A stretch of DNA of 64,000 nucleotides, from assembly GCA_031414535.1 (NCBI GenBank), contig JANNVQ010000038.1, positions 32,001 to 96,000 on the forward strand, in the 5' to 3' direction. The position numbers were made by a program, and so were the translations under genes. The notes under the pieces were generated by a model. That model was not told the origin of the DNA. It did no database searches and saw only the letters and a program-made list of their open reading frames with translations. Numbering within the stretch: position 1 is the stretch's first letter; every line of letters starts with the position of its first letter. Source of the stretch: Gemmatimonas sp. GTDB taxonomy: Bacteria; Gemmatimonadota; Gemmatimonadetes; Gemmatimonadales; Gemmatimonadaceae. Shown here in pieces: positions 40,975-50,378 of this stretch.

Positions 40975-41913
40975 ATGATTCGCGTCATTTGGAATCCGGC
41001 TTCGGGTCGCGGCCGCGGCGCGCGGATGCACGCTGCCGTGAGGACGGCTTTTGCAAAACATGGCATCACGGACTTTCAGGCTACCACGGCCCCCGGTGAC
41101 GAAGTACGCCTCGTGCACCAAGCGCTGGACGACGGCGCCGAGACAATCGTAGCCATTGGTGGTGACGGGACCTGGGGCAAATGTGCGGTGGCCCTAGCCA
41201 AAGCCGGCTCCCCAGCACGCATGGCGTTTGTGGCGGCTGGAACGGGAAATGACTTTGCCAAGAACCTGCGTGCTCCGGCCGGCGACCTGCATGCGATGGC
41301 ACAGCTCATTGCCAGCGGAGGCGTGGAACGCCGCGTGGATCTGGGCCGCGTGGATGATGCGTGGTTTGCCAACGTCGCCGGATTGGGGTTCGACGTCGCA
41401 GTATTGCACGCCACCAAGCGGGTGCGATGGCTCCGCGGCCCGTCGGTGTATGTGGTGGCGGCGCTCCGAGAACTGATGGAGTTTCATGGCCTCGAGGCCC
41501 GCGTTCAAGGTATGCTCGGCGTGGACCCCGCTCCGATGCGCAGGCGGCTCATGCTGGTGATCGCCAACGGGAAGGAATTCGGCGGTGCGTTTCGCATCGC
41601 CCCTCACGCCCTCGTGGACGACGGTCGGCTCGATGCAGTGCTCTTCGAAGACGGCATTCGCGCCGGCCGCCTTCCCCTCCTCGCCCGCGCACTCGCGGGC
41701 ACGCATCTCAAGCATCCCGCGGTTTCGCATACGGCTGCGGCGAGCTTCACCATCACCTGTCGTAGCCGTCCGTGGCTGGAACTTGACGGCGAGTTGCATC
41801 AGGCCGCAGGAGAGCGCATCACTGTGGCCTGCGTGCCCGGCGCCCTACGAGTGCTCGACGCAGAAGCGGCGCGCGGTAGCAGTAGCGATAGCGCGCCGCC
41901 CCTGCGGAACTAG
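40975..41913 (+). CDS. Diacylglycerol kinase-family (YegS/BmrU-like) lipid kinase
   Basis: NPASGRG, GGDGT, GTGNDFA, GLGFD, FGG and LDGE motifs. Confidence 0.92.
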   Translation: MIRVIWNPASGRGRGARMHAAVRTAFAKHGITDFQATTAPGDEVRLVHQALDDGAETIVAIGGDGTWGKCAVALAKAGSPARMAFVAAGTGNDFAKNLRAPAGDLHAMAQLIASGGVERRVDLGRVDDAWFANVAGLGFDVAVLHATKRVRWLRGPSVYVVAALRELMEFHGLEARVQGMLGVDPAPMRRRLMLVIANGKEFGGAFRIAPHALVDDGRLDAVLFEDGIRAGRLPLLARALAGTHLKHPAVSHTAAASFTITCRSRPWLELDGELHQAAGERITVACVPGALRVLDAEAARGSSSDSAPPLRN

Positions 41914-41940
41914 GCCCCTGCGGACTCGGCCCGTGCGGAA

Positions 41941-42438
41941 CTAGGCCGCGCGGTGGGGCGAGGAAACAGCTTCGTGGTGAAGCGCCTCTCGCAGCAGCAC
42001 CGCCGCGGCCGCACGCGTGGGCACGCCGAGCCGCTTGAGCAGGGCCTCCACGTGGCGCCGCACGGTGTGCAAGGAAATACCGAGCTGCTGGGCAATCTCC
42101 CGGTTCCTCAGGCCCTGGGCAATCAACTCGACCACCACGCGTTGACGCGGCGTGAGATCGAGCTGCACCTCATTTTGGCCCCGCTTGGCGAGCACCACTC
42201 GGAACGACTGCCCGCAGAGGCGAACCTCCACACCGACTTTAGACGGCTGGCCCTGCCATGCTAGGGCCTTTGCCCCTTCAGGCGTCGCCGCGAGCAGCGT
42301 ACCGTTGGGGTCAGTGACGGCGGCGTTCACTCCGAGCGAACGCAGGAGTGCGGCCAACTCCGTACCGAGCGCACGGGGCGTGGACGGCAGGGGGCGGCCG
42401 GCGAGGGCGAGCGAATTCCTGGACTGCGATGCGATCAT
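41941..42438 (-). CDS. LuxR-type HTH regulator with short PAS-like N-domain
   Basis: LTPRQRVVVELIAQGLRNREIAQQLGISLHTVRRHV. Confidence 0.88.
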   Translation of the reverse strand: MIASQSRNSLALAGRPLPSTPRALGTELAALLRSLGVNAAVTDPNGTLLAATPEGAKALAWQGQPSKVGVEVRLCGQSFRVVLAKRGQNEVQLDLTPRQRVVVELIAQGLRNREIAQQLGISLHTVRRHVEALLKRLGVPTRAAAAVLLREALHHEAVSSPHRAA

Positions 42439-42503
42439 GTGGCGCTCCGGTGGAGGTTACGCCTGAAGGCTACGAGGGTAGAGTTCCCCCTCCGTCCGAC
42501 GGT

Positions 42504-42525
42504 CGTCCCGGGAGCGTCCCGGGAG
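42504..42525. promoter_or_regulatory. 11-bp tandem direct repeat, candidate regulator binding site
   Basis: CGTCCCGGGAG x2, between the two LuxR genes. Confidence 0.5.
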
Positions 42526-42552
42526 TGTTTCGTCAGCTTTTTGCAGCTTCCG

Positions 42553-42990
42553 TCAGCTACGACGTCCGTACTTTTGCATCACGGCCACCGCGCCGGCGCG
42601 ATTTCGCACGCCGAGTCGGCGGAACATCTGCTCCAAGTGCCGGCGCACCGTGTGCGTGCTGATCTTGAGGGCCGATGCAATGTCCTTGTTGCGCTTGCCC
42701 TGCTCTAGCAGCTTGGCTACGGATAGCTGCCTCGGGGTTAGATCCAGCGCCCCCGTGCGCCGCAGCACGACTTCCACGCGCAACGAGACGCCGGCCACGC
42801 GTGCGGCCGCGACCCGGACGTCTCCCGGCTCGGCCGCGATCAGTTCGGTCTCGGCGCCCGGGGAGTGGGCGATGACATCCGCCGAGCTGGGATCGCGAAT
42901 CACGACGTCAAAACCCAAGCGATGCAGAAGGGCTGAGAGGTCGCTGGCCACCGCCGGCAGGTTGGCCGGATTCAAATTGGTCGGTTGCAT
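42553..42990 (-). CDS. LuxR-type HTH regulator, paralog of the neighbouring gene
   Basis: LTPRQLSVAKLLEQGKRNKDIASALKISTHTVRRHL. Confidence 0.88.
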   Translation of the reverse strand: MQPTNLNPANLPAVASDLSALLHRLGFDVVIRDPSSADVIAHSPGAETELIAAEPGDVRVAAARVAGVSLRVEVVLRRTGALDLTPRQLSVAKLLEQGKRNKDIASALKISTHTVRRHLEQMFRRLGVRNRAGAVAVMQKYGRRS

Positions 42991-43126
42991 CGAGAACTAT
43001 TCCGAGAGCAAAGTGTTCCACCTATGGACCTCCTAGGCCCACCTCGTGGTTGGTACATTGGAGTGGGCGCTGTTGCCCACTTTGTGGTGGCAGCGCTCTC
43101 CCTTCCCAAAAATTCAGACTCCGACT

Positions 43127-43696
43127 ATGTCCACACTTTCCTTCCGTGCTCTGACAGCGGCATCGGCCCTGGTCATTTCGACTGCCCTTGGCGCGCAACA
43201 AACAGCTGGTACAGGCCTGAACGTCGGCGACCTTGCACCCGACTTCACGCTTCCGGCGGCAACTATGGTTGGGGTGAGTCAAAACCCCGTCAAACTGTCT
43301 GACTTAAGGGGCCAAACCGTTGTCATTGCGTTCTATCCACGCGCTCGGACCCGCGGCTGCACGGTCCAGATGCAGACGTATCGGGACCAGTACGCCAACG
43401 TGTTTAACGGTGGCAGCGGCGTGACGGTCCTAGCCGTGTCCACCGATCCCGTGGACACCATTGCGGCCTGGGCGAAGGACGAAAAGTTCCCGATGACCTT
43501 CCTGAGTGACCGGGAAGCGACCGTGGGCGCGCTGTACGATGTGAAGTACCCGGCGGCCAACGTGCTTCGGCGCGTGCTCTTTGTTGTGGGCCCGGATGGC
43601 CGCATTGCCCACGTGATGCGTCCGTTCTCCGAACTTTCGGCGGAGTCGTATACCGAGCTCACTGAAGCAGTGCGCAAGACGCGCAGCGGAAACTGA
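43127..43696 (+). CDS. Exported 1-Cys peroxiredoxin (BCP/PrxQ-like)
   Basis: VGDLAPDFTL, FYPRARTRGC (PxxxTxxC); signal peptide from ATG 43127. Confidence 0.85.
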   Translation: MSTLSFRALTAASALVISTALGAQQTAGTGLNVGDLAPDFTLPAATMVGVSQNPVKLSDLRGQTVVIAFYPRARTRGCTVQMQTYRDQYANVFNGGSGVTVLAVSTDPVDTIAAWAKDEKFPMTFLSDREATVGALYDVKYPAANVLRRVLFVVGPDGRIAHVMRPFSELSAESYTELTEAVRKTRSGN

Positions 43697-43757
43697 GCTG
43701 CGGGCGCTGCTCGATCTCTACGAGGCTGCGCTCAACGCAGCGGACCCTGCGCTCGCG

Positions 43758-44990
43758 GTGAGGCGTGGCCTCGCAGAGCGCGAGGTCACTCTGGAGCTGG
43801 GGCGCGACCGGCCGCATTGGATTATTGCTTGCGGTAAGGCAGCGAATGCCATGGCCGCTGCGGCCGTGGAGCATTGCAAGAGCAAGGGACTGACCGTTGC
43901 TGGGGGGCTTGTCGTGAGCGTTGCTGCCACGCCGAGCCCCTCGTTTCCTTCAACAATGGAGTCGCTGGTCGGAGACCACCCCGTACCCGGCTTCAGGTCG
44001 CATTACGCGGCGGACCGCTTGGGTGCCCTGCTCGAGGGCATCGGCCGCGACGACGTGGTGATTGTTTGCATCTCCGGCGGAACGTCGAGCCTCATCGGAT
44101 CCGCAATCTCCGGCGTGCGCGAGGAAGACCTCGCCCAATTGCACGCCTTGTTGCTCGGTGCCGGCGTGCCAATCAATCGCATCAACGCCGTGCGCAAGCG
44201 CTTCTCGAGATGGGGCGCCGGGCGGTTGGCCGCCGCACTCGAGTGCGCACGCGTCATTCCCATCCTGTTGGCGGACGTGCCCAACGAAGATCCCTCGATG
44301 ATCGGGTCAGGCCCGGTCTCACCGGACCCGCTCAGCGCTTGGCACGTGGAGCGTATTCTGCGAGACGCAGGACTCGCCAGACAAATCCCGCTCTCGCTCG
44401 CCTCTACACTTGGCGCCATGCGCGCTGGCGCCGTGCCCGAGACGCCGAAGCCTGGCAGTGAAGTCTTTGCCCGAGTTGAAGAGCCCTTCGTTGTTGGCAA
44501 CTCCGCCGCACTCGACGGCGCCGCGGCCGCGGCGCAGCGCATGGGCTACGCTCCGGTTCTGTTATCGCTGACGAGTCTCACCGGCGATGCCACCGCGGCC
44601 GGCCGCGTACTCGCACACACGCTCGCGCGCGCGGCGCCGGGGACTTGCCTTATCTGGGGCGGCGAGACCACCGTGCGGCTTCCCGAGAATCACGGGCTCG
44701 GTGGGCGCTGCCAGCAGCTCGCGCTCTCTGCGGCAGAGACATTGGCCGATCTTGGCACCAAGGCTTCCCTCCTCGCCGCTGGCAGCGATGGGCAGGATGG
44801 ACCAGCGCCTGCGGCAGGCGCCCTTGTGAGCCACTCGACTTGGGCCTTCAGCAAGGCGCAGGGTGCCGAGCCCCAGCGCGCACTCGAACGCTGCGATGCG
44901 TTCGGCGCGCTCGACGCCGCCAAGGCCATTTTACCGAGTCGCCTGACCGGTACAAACGTGATGGATATCGTGGTAGCGATACGAGAGTAA
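43758..44990 (+). CDS. Glycerate 2-kinase (DUF4147 + MOFRL)
   Basis: GKAA, DHPVPG, ISGGTSSL, GGETTV, GGRCQQ, SDGQDG and TGTNVMD; frame is open and homolog-like back to about 43698, so the true start may be earlier. Confidence 0.9.
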   Translation: MRRGLAEREVTLELGRDRPHWIIACGKAANAMAAAAVEHCKSKGLTVAGGLVVSVAATPSPSFPSTMESLVGDHPVPGFRSHYAADRLGALLEGIGRDDVVIVCISGGTSSLIGSAISGVREEDLAQLHALLLGAGVPINRINAVRKRFSRWGAGRLAAALECARVIPILLADVPNEDPSMIGSGPVSPDPLSAWHVERILRDAGLARQIPLSLASTLGAMRAGAVPETPKPGSEVFARVEEPFVVGNSAALDGAAAAAQRMGYAPVLLSLTSLTGDATAAGRVLAHTLARAAPGTCLIWGGETTVRLPENHGLGGRCQQLALSAAETLADLGTKASLLAAGSDGQDGPAPAAGALVSHSTWAFSKAQGAEPQRALERCDAFGALDAAKAILPSRLTGTNVMDIVVAIRE

Positions 44991-45009
44991 TCGGGCGAAA
45001 TTCCGCTCC

Positions 45010-45954
45010 ATGAGCCAGGAAACCCGCGCCCCGTTTACCGTCGCCGTCATTCAGGACGGCGTGCTGGAGACCGCCGAGAAAACTCTCGCCGCCACGATGG
45101 TCCGTATCCGTGATGCGGCCGCGAAAGGCGCGCAGATCATTTGTCTGAAGGAGCTGTTCAACGCACCCTACTTCTGCAAGAAGCTCGACTCCTCGCGCTT
45201 TGATCTCGCGGAACCAGTAGGCGGCGCGACGGTCACCTCCTTGCAGAAGCTCGCGCAGGAACTGGCCGTCGTGCTCGTGGTGCCCATCTATGAGAAGCAG
45301 GGCCCGGGCGTGTACCGCAACTCTGCCGTGGTGATTGATGCCGACGGCACGTCTCTCGGTGTGTATCGCAAGATGCACATCCCGCACGATCCGATGTTTG
45401 AGGAGAAGTACTACTTCGCACCGGGGGAGAGTGACGCACCGGTGCAGCCGCCTGGCCTGCGTGGCCCCGATGGCGAGGCCGGCGGCTTTATGGTCTGGAA
45501 GACGCGCTACGCCACCATTGGCGTGCTCATCTGCTGGGACCAGTGGTACCCTGAGGGCGCGCGCATCACCTCATTGCTGGGCGCCGACATTCTGTTTTAT
45601 CCCACGGCCATCGGTTGGCATCCGGCGGAGAAGGCTGAGTGGGGCGCCGCTCAGGTGGATGCCTGGCGCACGGCGCAGCGTGCACACGCGATCGCCAACG
45701 GCGTGTTCGTGGCGGCACCAAACCGCGTGGGCCTCGAGCCCGAAGCCGGCACGGATGGCATCGAGTTCTTTGGCCATTCGTTCATCGTAGATCCGTACGG
45801 GCGCTATCTCGCGCAGGCGGAGACGGGCGAGCACACCCTGATTGCGACGTGCGATCCGGCGCTCATCGAATACACGCGTCGCAACTGGCCGTTTTTGCGC
45901 GACCGGCGCGTGGATGCCTACGAGCCGATTCTTTCACGTTGGATTGGAAGTTGA
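45010..45954 (+). CDS. aguB: N-carbamoylputrescine amidohydrolase (nitrilase superfamily)
   Basis: ELFNAPYFC, YRKMHIP, ICWDQWYPE and YPTAIG; adjacent to agmatine deiminase. Confidence 0.9.
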   Translation: MSQETRAPFTVAVIQDGVLETAEKTLAATMVRIRDAAAKGAQIICLKELFNAPYFCKKLDSSRFDLAEPVGGATVTSLQKLAQELAVVLVVPIYEKQGPGVYRNSAVVIDADGTSLGVYRKMHIPHDPMFEEKYYFAPGESDAPVQPPGLRGPDGEAGGFMVWKTRYATIGVLICWDQWYPEGARITSLLGADILFYPTAIGWHPAEKAEWGAAQVDAWRTAQRAHAIANGVFVAAPNRVGLEPEAGTDGIEFFGHSFIVDPYGRYLAQAETGEHTLIATCDPALIEYTRRNWPFLRDRRVDAYEPILSRWIGS

Positions 45955-47057
45955 GCGCGTCGAAGAAAGCAGCCCCGCAGGCGCCATCTGTTGGTGTGCG
46001 TTGGCCGGCCGAGTGGGAGCGGCACGACGCGACCTGGATTTCTTGGCCGCATCACGAGCCAGATTGGCCCGGTAAGTTCGGTCCAATCCCTTGGGTCTAT
46101 GCGGAGATTGCGCGCACGCTGGCCGAGCACGAACGCGTGCACATCCTCGTCAACGACGAGAAGACCGAAGAGGAAGCCTGGCATGCGCTGCGCATGCATG
46201 AGGTGAAGCAGGGCCGCATCCATCTGCACCTCTGCCCCAGCGACCGCGTGTGGTTGCGCGACTCGGCGCCCACCTTCGTGCACAATCACGATGGGGAGGT
46301 GCAGGCCGTGAACTGGGGATTCAACGCCTGGGCCAAGTACGACAACTACCACCGCGACGCGGAGATTGGGGCGTTTGTCGCTGCGCACACAGGCCTGCCG
46401 CTCATTGAGCCGCAGCGCCACGACGGCAAGGGCCGCGTGATCCTTGAGGGTGGCGGCATCGAAACGGATGGCCGCGGCACGATGCTCGTCACTGAAGAGT
46501 GGTTGCTCACAGACGTGCAGGTGCGGAACCCGGGGTTCTCGCGCGCCGATTACGAACAGATGTTCGCCGAGACCTTGGGCATTTCCAAGACTATCTGGCT
46601 GGGCGAAGGTTGCGTGGGCGACGACACCCACGGCCACGTGGATGACATCGCGCGGTTCGTCGCACCGGGCGTGATGGTGCTCGCGCACGAGGAAGACCCA
46701 GCCGACGAGAATCACGCCCGTTCTCTGGACAACGTCCGACGCCTCCAAAGCGCGACCGACGCCGAAGGCAATCCCATGCGCGTCGTCACGCTGCCGTACC
46801 CGCGACCCGTGGTGATGGATGGCACGCGTTTGCCGGCGAGCTACGCCAACTTCTACATCGCGAACGGGGTAGTCATCGTGCCCACGTTCAACGATGCCAA
46901 CGACCGCATCGCCCTGAACACCCTCGCGGAGCTTATGCCCGAGCGGCAAATTGTGGGCATCCACGCCGTGGACCTGGTTTGGGGACTCGGCACCCTGCAC
47001 TGCCTCACGCAACAGCAGCCCGCGGCTCGCCACGGCCGCGGCAAGGCGAAGGGATGA
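45951..47057 (+). CDS. aguA: Agmatine deiminase / PPAD family
   Basis: PAEWERH, WLRD, EGG, DDTHGHVDD, ASYANF and GTLHCLTQQ; TTG start overlaps aguB stop. Confidence 0.93.
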   Translation: MSASKKAAPQAPSVGVRWPAEWERHDATWISWPHHEPDWPGKFGPIPWVYAEIARTLAEHERVHILVNDEKTEEEAWHALRMHEVKQGRIHLHLCPSDRVWLRDSAPTFVHNHDGEVQAVNWGFNAWAKYDNYHRDAEIGAFVAAHTGLPLIEPQRHDGKGRVILEGGGIETDGRGTMLVTEEWLLTDVQVRNPGFSRADYEQMFAETLGISKTIWLGEGCVGDDTHGHVDDIARFVAPGVMVLAHEEDPADENHARSLDNVRRLQSATDAEGNPMRVVTLPYPRPVVMDGTRLPASYANFYIANGVVIVPTFNDANDRIALNTLAELMPERQIVGIHAVDLVWGLGTLHCLTQQQPAARHGRGKAKG

Positions 47058-50000
47058 CCAGCGACGCACTCCGTTCCGCACTCGAAGCTCGACTCGGCAC
47101 GCAGTACCAAATCGAATCGTTGCTCGGCCAAGGCGGGATGGGGAGCGTATTCCGCGCGACCGACCGCACGCTGCATCGCGCGGTGGCCATTAAGGTCATC
47201 AGCGGCGACGTCGCGCTGAATCCGGAGTTGAAGGGCCGCTTCCTAATGGAAGCGCGCACCGTGGCCAAGCTGCGGCATCCGAATATCGTCGCGGTGTACA
47301 GCGCGGGCGAGGCCGACGGCCTGCTCTACTTCGTGATGGAGTTGGTGCCGGGCGAATCGCTGCGCGACTTACTCGCGCGCGAAGGCAACGTGGAGCCCGC
47401 TCGCGCCGAGAAAATCCTGCATGAGCTGGCGATGGCGTTGGACTACGCGCACGCCAACGGGATCGTGCACCGCGACGTGAAGCCGGAGAACATCCTGCTT
47501 GACCGCGAGACCGGCCGCGCGATGCTCACGGACTTTGGCGTGGCGCGCGCGCTGGAGAATAGCGGCAACATGACGGGGACCGGCATGATTCTCGGGAGCC
47601 CCCGTTACATGAGCCCGGAGCAGGCCACGGGCGAGAGCACGATTGACGGACGCAGCGATCTCTACGCGCTGGCGCTGGTAGGCTACGAGATGTTCACCGG
47701 CAAGCCGGTGGTGGACAGTGGCAACGTGGCGGGCATGCTGGTGAAGCATTTGACCGAAACGCCGAAGCCCTTGGCCGATGCGGTAGCCGGCGTGCCGGAG
47801 GGCTCGGCCGTAGCGATTGACCGTGCGCTCACGAAGGATCGCGACAAGCGCTGGGCGACCGGGCGCGAGATGGCTGAGGTGGTCGCCGCCTCGTGGACAC
47901 CGACGCCGGGCAGCGGGGCCACGCGGGCCATTGGTGCGATGAAGGCCAAGAAGGCACCACCCAAGGCCGCGATGGGCGGCGCCCTAGTGGCAATCTTCGC
48001 CTCGCTGGTCACGATCTTCATCGCCACAAGCGACAAGGGCGGCGGCAAGGGCGACCCGCGGAAGAGTTATGCGGTGGTGCCCTTTGAAATCCAGAGCGGA
48101 AACCCCGAAGTGCAATGGCTGCGTGACGGCGCCGTGAATATGCTGACGATGGCGCTCACCCAGTGGACCGACCTGCAGGTGATGGATTACGAACGCACGC
48201 TCAAGTACGTGGCCGACGCAGGGGTGGAAACGCGGCGCGTGGACTTGGACCGCGCGCAGGAGATTGCGCGGCGCGGTAACGCTGGCACGCTGGTGATGGG
48301 CCAGATTTCCACGACGCAGGATTCACTCGTGGTGGTGGCGAGACTATACGACGTACGGAGCGGACGCTCGCTTAACACGGTCACGCGCGCCGCGGCCCTG
48401 AGCGCTGATCCTCGCCCGCTGTTTGATGATTTGGCGCGATACCTCCTCGACGTCGCTGGCGGCCAAACCTCAGCCAGCGTTGACGTGGCGCGCCAGACCA
48501 CGACTTCGATCACGGCGTACCGCTCGTACCTCGACGGCGTGCGCTTTTTGAATTCGTGGCGCTTGGCCGAGGCCGACTCCGCGCTGCGAGTGGCAATCGA
48601 GGCCGACTCGACGTTTGCACTCGCCTGGCACAAGCGCGCACTGGCCCTCGGTTGGGGCGCTGGACAGGGGCCTGTCTACATCAGCACGGCACAGCGCGCC
48701 GTGGATCTCTCGGATCGGCTGCCGCCTCGCCAACAAGCGCTGGTGCGTGGCCACCTCGCGTTGGCGCAGGGCATGCTGGGCTCCGAAGACGGAGGCGGTC
48801 CTGCCGCGCGCGCGCAGCTCATGGAAGCGGCGCGCATCTACGAAGCGTTGCTCGCCTCCGATTCCTTGGTGGCGGAGGGATGGTACGGGCTCGGCGACGC
48901 GTACTTCCACATGCAGCGAGACTCCACGGATTCCGTCGCGGAGGTCTCACGGCGCTACAACAGATCGGTGGCGAGCTTCCGTCGCGCTATTGAGATCGAC
49001 TCCAGCTTCCACCTCGCGTACAGCCATCTCGTCACGCAGTACCAGGGGATGTCTAATCCACAGTCCGGCGGAGTCCTCGATGGCGATACGGTCCTGCTCT
49101 TCACGAGCGTGGCACAGCGCGACGCGTATGGCGTTGAGCGGATTGCCCGTGCGCGCGATCGCGCGCGCGATGTGGGTCTCGAGATGGCACGTGGCTGGAC
49201 GCGTGCAGATCCAGACGCCGGCGCGGGTTACACCGCGCTTGCCACGGGCTTCTTTGCAGCAGGTAAGGTGGACTCCGCGCTCGCGACGCTCGACCGCGCG
49301 CTGCAACGTCCGGCCTTGCGCGGCCCTGGCCTGCAGTTGCAAAAGGTGTCCTTCCTGACGCTCGCGGACTCGTCGCTGGCCTTCACCTTGATGCGCGATG
49401 TCTATGCCAAGGCTACCGCGACTGAGCTTCGACGCGTCCCGGCGAACGAGCGCATCTCCTCGCTCGCGATGTCCGTCAACGCCGCGGGCAGCGTAGGCAA
49501 TGCGTCCGAGCTGGATAAAATCCTAGCCGTCGCGGCAACGGTGGACAGCGTGTTCCCGTTCACGAACTCACCATTCCAGCAGGTCATGGGCTGGTACGCA
49601 ACCGGAATGAAGGCTGGCATCACCGGAACCGTGAGCGCCGCAGAGCGACGGCAGCTCGCCGAGGGCGCACGCCGTATCGCCTCGGGCAGTCAGGGCATCC
49701 TCGCGCAACTGGCCGCTACGGCGGGCGGCGTCATCTACACGTCATATCTAGTGACGGGCGACACCTTGTTCTCCAACACGCTGCGTCGCCTGCCGGGACT
49801 CGTAAACGTCCCGCAAACTGACCTCGACGCGCTCGAAGCCTTAGCCCGCGGCGACACCGCTCGGGCTCGCGAGATCGCCGCGGCGTTTCCGCCACCGGAT
49901 TCCCTCAAGGACGCGCGCCTCTCCTTTGCAGGGCAGCGGGCCTACGCGCGCGCGCTTGTGTTGGACGCCGTCGGCAATACAGCGTGGGCCGTTGGTTACC

Positions 50001-50239
50001 TCGAGGCGCTGGAGCCCTCGCGATTCATCTCGCAGGGACTCGCCGAACCTGGCTTCGCGCTGTACACGCGCTCATTCGCGACGCGGGCTGAGCTATACGA
50101 GAAGCTCGGGGACAAGCGGAAGGCCATCGCAGCGTACGAAGAGTTCCTGCGGCGCACCGAACTCGGCGACGCGGCCATCGAACCGCAGCGCCGTAGCGCC
50201 CGCGCGAACCTCGCCAGGCTCCGCGACGGTGGCCGGTAG
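47054..50239 (+). CDS. Hanks-type Ser/Thr kinase with TM, TolB-N-like and TPR domains
   Basis: GQGGMG, AIK, HRDVKPEN, DFG and YMSPE; AVVPFE domain; TPRs. Confidence 0.93.
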   Translation: MTSDALRSALEARLGTQYQIESLLGQGGMGSVFRATDRTLHRAVAIKVISGDVALNPELKGRFLMEARTVAKLRHPNIVAVYSAGEADGLLYFVMELVPGESLRDLLAREGNVEPARAEKILHELAMALDYAHANGIVHRDVKPENILLDRETGRAMLTDFGVARALENSGNMTGTGMILGSPRYMSPEQATGESTIDGRSDLYALALVGYEMFTGKPVVDSGNVAGMLVKHLTETPKPLADAVAGVPEGSAVAIDRALTKDRDKRWATGREMAEVVAASWTPTPGSGATRAIGAMKAKKAPPKAAMGGALVAIFASLVTIFIATSDKGGGKGDPRKSYAVVPFEIQSGNPEVQWLRDGAVNMLTMALTQWTDLQVMDYERTLKYVADAGVETRRVDLDRAQEIARRGNAGTLVMGQISTTQDSLVVVARLYDVRSGRSLNTVTRAAALSADPRPLFDDLARYLLDVAGGQTSASVDVARQTTTSITAYRSYLDGVRFLNSWRLAEADSALRVAIEADSTFALAWHKRALALGWGAGQGPVYISTAQRAVDLSDRLPPRQQALVRGHLALAQGMLGSEDGGGPAARAQLMEAARIYEALLASDSLVAEGWYGLGDAYFHMQRDSTDSVAEVSRRYNRSVASFRRAIEIDSSFHLAYSHLVTQYQGMSNPQSGGVLDGDTVLLFTSVAQRDAYGVERIARARDRARDVGLEMARGWTRADPDAGAGYTALATGFFAAGKVDSALATLDRALQRPALRGPGLQLQKVSFLTLADSSLAFTLMRDVYAKATATELRRVPANERISSLAMSVNAAGSVGNASELDKILAVAATVDSVFPFTNSPFQQVMGWYATGMKAGITGTVSAAERRQLAEGARRIASGSQGILAQLAATAGGVIYTSYLVTGDTLFSNTLRRLPGLVNVPQTDLDALEALARGDTARAREIAAAFPPPDSLKDARLSFAGQRAYARALVLDAVGNTAWAVGYLEALEPSRFISQGLAEPGFALYTRSFATRAELYEKLGDKRKAIAAYEEFLRRTELGDAAIEPQRRSARANLARLRDGGR

Positions 50240-50378
50240 GGATTCGCGTCCAATCGCGAAACCGCATCAAATCGCTGGCTTTACCTGTTCCCACACGCCC
50301 CGCGACTGTCCAGATTACTGACAGTACGGGGCGCAATCATACAGGTTGGCGCTCCATCCCACACCGATGACCTAGGCC

